From contig NIVC01003416.1 of NCBI GenBank assembly GCA_002269645.1, positions 34,982 to 98,981 on the forward strand: DNA of 64,000 nucleotides, written 5' to 3'. The notes under the pieces were generated by a model. That model searched no databases. It was not told where the DNA came from and saw nothing but the letters and a program-made list of their open reading frames with translations. Shown here one piece after another: positions 59,650 through 64,000 of the stretch. Position 1 is the first letter of the stretch; each line of letters starts with the position of its first letter. Made by a program: the position numbers and the translations under genes. The stretch comes from Macrostomum lignano (Eukaryota).

Positions 59650-61803
59650 ACAGTTGGCAACAAATTACGCAGCCCCGCGTGCAGGTCACAGTTAGAGCAG
59701 GGTGCGTCAGATGGCGCGCCGCAGAGCCTGAGAGCGGACGAAGTCCGCCCCGTTGGCAGTGTCGGGCGCCCCGGCGTCGCGTAGGAGACAGTCCACGTAC
59801 ATGTATCGATGGGTCTGACCCCGCCTGAACGGGCCCTTGCAAGGTGAGCAGGACGTATTGAACAGGTTGGAGGCAGTAGCCCTCGGCCCGGATCGCGTGG
59901 CCCGCCAGTTGAAGTCGCCGTCGGCGCAGGATGATGGACGGGCGCTGCAGCTTGGCCCGATCGTACATGTACAGGGCCTCGGTCCCGACGCTCTCGTCAG
60001 CTCGAAAGGCCGCATGGAGGAGCCCTGAGTGCGCCGAGTCCAGCTGCCGCTCTAGCGTAGCTGTTAGCGTCCATGTCTCAGCGTTGTAGAGCAGTAAGGG
60101 TTTCGACCAACGCCTGCCACAGCCGAGCCCTCTGGCGGTCCGGGCAGCGCTTCGGACTGTACAACGGCCCAGATCGAACGGAAGGCCTCCCGAACAAGTC
60201 CTCTGCGCCGCCGGAGCAGATCTTCCTCCACGTGAGGCACCAAACCTCCGAGGTAGGTGAACTGCTGGCAGCGTGCGAGCCTGGTCGTCTACCCGTCTGC
60301 GCCGCGGCAAGTCAGGTCCGCTGGGATGTCGGCCGGCACAGTCAGCACCTCGGTCTTCAGCGTTGTGACAACCAGACCGACGCTCGATGCCACCTCGACC
60401 AGCCTGTCGATCTGGCGCTGGGCGCCTTCAACGGACGAGGACAGGGGGGCGAGGTCGTCAGCGTAGCCACCCCAGATGCCCGTATTGCGCAGGAATTGCG
60501 ACTGATTGCAATCTGCTTGCAATTATTGACTTAATTACAAGCCACTTACTGCCTATTGTGAATATTGCAAGTCACTTGCGCAAGCTAATTGCAAGCTTTA
60601 TAATTATAAATTTAATGTAAATTTACTTAGAAAATTTTAACTCACTTATTCGGCCTTCTTTATAAATAAATGTGTTGTTTAGATGCACATTATATTGTAA
60701 AAAAATCATGACTGTGCTAAAATCATTCTAATATCTTGTTAAAGTAACTTTTCAAAATAATATTCGATAATTGCAATTCAATTGTAAGCCAATTACAAAA
60801 ATTGCAATTCACTTGCAAGCAATTGTCAATACATGCGCAAGATCTGCACGCCACTTGCAATCAAGTCCCAATTATCGCAATTTCGGTCGCCTTGGGCAAG
60901 CACGCTTAGGCGCTTTTCGCCGTGGCGGCGACCGATGCGTCTGCGCAGCAGGAAGCCGTCGTCAGCCGAGGGGAGTGCGGTCCGAAGCACCCAGTCCAGC
61001 AGCAGCACGAAGAGGAACGGCGCCAGCGTATCGCCCTGAAAAACTCCTGATGAAGTGTCGAACAGGTCAGACAGGCCGTCCGCCGTCACCACAGCAGCTC
61101 GAGTGTTGCAATACAGCGCCATGACAGCGTCGATTAGCTGCTGGGGCACCCGGTAGGCTCGAAGAACAAATGGAAGCGCGGCTCTCAACACCGAGTCAAA
61201 CGCCTTTCGCAAGTCAACGAAGACAATGATCAGCGTAGACTGGCGGATGCGCGCCTCCTCGATGACACGGCGGAGTGCGAGGATCTGTGTCACTGTACCG
61301 CGTTGCGGCCGGAATCCGTTCTGCTCGTACCGCAGGTACGGGTCCAGCACCGACTGCAGACGATCGAGCAGCAGCCGGTTGAAGAGCTTCGCAGTGCAGG
61401 ACATCAGTGAGATCCCGTGGTGGTCTTCTTTCCGCGTTGTCCCTGCCTTCTTCGGGATGGGAACAATGTGCACGACGGTCCACTCGGTGGGCACGGGGGC
61501 GCCGGCGAGCACGCGGTTCATGACGCCTGTGACCTGGGAGGCCACACCGCGCAGCCGCAGCGCTTCGACCGGAACTTCGTCGGGGCCGAGTGCCTTGCCG
61601 CCTGATGTTTTACGAGCGAACAGCACAACGTCCTCCGTGGTGACTGGGCTGGTGCAGAAGTCCTCCTCAGCTGGGAGCGGCGTGTCCAGTGGGAGCGCAA
61701 AGCTGGCGGGCAGCGGCGACGCGGGCGCGTTCACGATGCCGGCGAAGAATTGTCGCGCAATTCATTTCCTGCGTTTCTCCGGGGTGTCGCCGGCACCCGG
61801 CAA
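59650..61803 (-). mobile_element. 5'-truncated non-LTR retrotransposon (RTE-like RT), interrupted by a DNA-element insert
   Basis: IVPIPKK, GISLMS..KLF, EQNGFR, FVDLRKAFDS, SGVFQGDTLAP, L(G)YADD, LLLYNAETWTL and LQLAGH. Confidence 0.92.
60470..60896. mobile_element. 427-bp non-autonomous CACTA/EnSpm-like insert within the LINE RT
   Basis: Removing it together with one CA copy restores LSVLGYADD. It has a 2-bp TSD (CA), CCC...GGG termini and subterminal AATTGC/TTGCAA repeats. Confidence 0.75.
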
Positions 61804-63839
61804 ATTGATATTGTCTACATTTGATATATTACTTGCGTACGGGACCCTACATGTGTACACACATGCATGTAACATATGTATTTAGCCATACCACTTCCGA
61901 CTGTCGATGCAAGATCGGTAGCAAGACCGTCATCTCAGATACTTTAAAAAATTACAGAACACTGACTTTTTCTGCTGTAGTTAGGCCGACAACATGCAGT
62001 GTGCAGTGTTTTAGTTGTCCCTGATCGCATCAATGTATATAGAAAGGTACAAGTGTACATTAGGATGCCCCATGCATACTACTATTCAGACTCATCTCAC
62101 CTGCCAAGCGACTCTAATGCAGCGACATTGCTACTATAATAGCAGCGCCAGTGCACGCATCCGAAGCATCAGCGAATGCCTTGCTTTGCTTGCAATTGTA
62201 CAGCCCAAACCGGCAGCGAGCATGGGGGTAGGCAGAGGCGCTACACAAAACAAGGGTACCATAATAGCCTACCATGAATGACTGACGGTGAGATAAAAAT
62301 GGTTGACAACATTGTTAAAAACTATGCAGTCTTTGCAAAATAAGCGCGCATATTCGCGAGGGACCTTGCATGAAGTTCGGCTTCATATAGGCTGTAGCTA
62401 TGTGCTGGGCGAGCGGCCGAGAGCGAAGCGAGGTCTGTATTTTTCTGTCTATGCGAGAGCACAGAACCATCCAAGAGGTGACACAGTGTACCAGAGTGGA
62501 GAAAAAGCTGCGTTTTTCAACTTGAAACTGGGAAAAGAACGGTACAAGATATTGAGATGAGGAATACCGTCATTTGACTGCCAGTGACATTTTAGTTTTA
62601 GCAGAGTACATTGTACATGTACATGTATAGGGGTTTGTGCCGTCGTCTTAATAGGGGTTTGTGCCCCTTAATTTCTGGATCCGCCCACAGGGGGTCTTCA
62701 AATCTCACCTGCATACAAACAAATATGGTTCTTAAATCCCGCCTGAGGCACTAAATAGCACTGGAATATCCACTGTGGCGATAATGCTATGGTGCTATTT
62801 AAGCTTGCCTGGGACGCTATAGAGTCAATTAACTGATAAAATGATCAGTGATGAAGCAATAAAACAGTTGACCTCGCAAGAGAAATCCAAGCCTGATCCG
62901 TACCAGTGACCCAGCAGCCTATGGGGGCTGAACGCAGATTTTTAAGCTCAAGCGATTTCTCCAAAAACTTTGATCCAAATAATCTTAATTCGTAATACCG
63001 TACCGTACGTCCAAGTGACCTAAGCCCACTTGTTCATACTCTACAACAGTCCGATCGGTCACTAAGCTTTCAATCTCAACTATTTACTTTTAAATACACA
63101 TTTTTTCAGTTTAAATGCAAAACGATTCAAAGGCGTGCTTCATATTGTTGGACAGAAATCTTAAATTTACTCCAAAGCAGGCGCCCGCATCCAGCCGCGG
63201 TGTTTCCAGGGCGCGGCTTGCCTCGGGCCACTCCCTTCGGCAAAAGAAAGCAACCGCGTTGCGAACTTGCAACACAGAATGGCCAGACTTATCTAGGACT
63301 ATCTAGCCGCATCTGCGCCTCTCCCCTCTCACTCGACCCGAGCAGATGCACCTTTTCCATACTGACGGGCGCGCAGACCAGTCGGCTTGGCTCGAGGAGC
63401 GGCCTCTACCATTGTGCCGAACACAATACCCCCGCAATGGGGCTGGCCCGAGATGGAATTCTCCGTTGAATAATGCAGCTGTCCAGCCTCCGCCGCGCTT
63501 TTGTCGGATAAGATTAGGTCAGTCATGCAGCGAAAGGCTCGCCCAAATCTTTTGTCATATTTTATTTCTATTGCTTCTTTCATGCGATTTTTTGCTCGCA
63601 TTTCTCTACCCAGCAGCGTTTTATTATGCAGGCACCCGATCGGCGGCAACAGTTGCGGCCGAGATAGAGATGCGCTGTCGCGCTCGCACGAGAACAGAAA
63701 TTGACAATCCCCAGCCAATCCAGCTGGATCCAGCGGCTCTTAGCTTCATCAAGATAAAAATGCCCCCGGGCACTGCCCAAGAAGACACCTCACCGCTCTT
63801 TGCACTACCCGATTCTGTCACTTCGCTCTTGAGCTCAAA

Positions 63840-64000
63840 ATGGAGGCATTCAAGGAAGCCTGGGTTGACATCGACTCCGAGCAGCGCGGCAAAATCGAGA
63901 CCAGCGAGTTCGTGCGCTATCTGCAGACCAAGGCCACGATGACGTCTTCATCGACAAGTGGCGCCAAGTGTTCGACGCCGATGACGCTGGAGAGATCACC
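63840..64000 (+). CDS. N-terminus of a two-EF-hand protein resembling flatworm tegumental allergen-like (TAL) proteins; apparent 1-nt frameshift; runs off the window
   Basis: MEAFKEAWVDIDSEQRGKIETSEFVRYLQTK continues, after a frame change near 63932, as GHDDVFIDKWRQVFDADDAGEIT. This matches the TAL pattern MEPF..F..ID...I...EL..Y....D..F..KW..LFD.D..G.IT. Confidence 0.7.
   Translation, partial: MEAFKEAWVDIDSEQRGKIETSEFVRYLQTKATMTSSSTSGAKCSTPMTLERS

Overview
Eukaryotic, intron-containing and very repeat-rich window. It is most plausibly from a free-living flatworm such as Macrostomum. That is an inference from GC-rich exons, (CAGA)n tracts, minisatellites in most introns, and a TAL-like EF-hand gene. 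Genes that could be assembled by hand with consistent GT-AG phases: a class A peptide GPCR (FMRFamide-receptor-like, +), a 9-exon SLC6 transporter (-), an ATAD5/ELG1 homolog (+), a TSP1-like type I membrane protein with PPxY motifs and 11-aa repeats (-), and a ZC3H3 homolog (-). Two orphan secreted ORFs and the start of a TAL-like gene are also present. Mobile DNA: a decayed Ty3/Gypsy with its 3' LTR, a Penelope-like element with inverted pLTRs and hammerhead motifs, Merlin and mariner transposase relics, a 5'-truncated RTE-like LINE split by a CACTA-like insert, a foldback element with an 8-bp TSD, a 3.5-kb long-TIR element and hAT MITEs. More than 25 tandem arrays are present, and most long ORFs in the supplied track are repeat artefacts. 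No single new multi-gene system is demonstrated. The best leads are the inverted arrays around the probable GPCR 5' exon, arrays seeded at stop codons and splice donors, four RFX X-boxes inside ATAD5 exons, a MITE carrying CLEAR and CCAAT motifs, the paired intact/mutated hammerheads, and an SLC6 with substituted Na1/Cl site residues.
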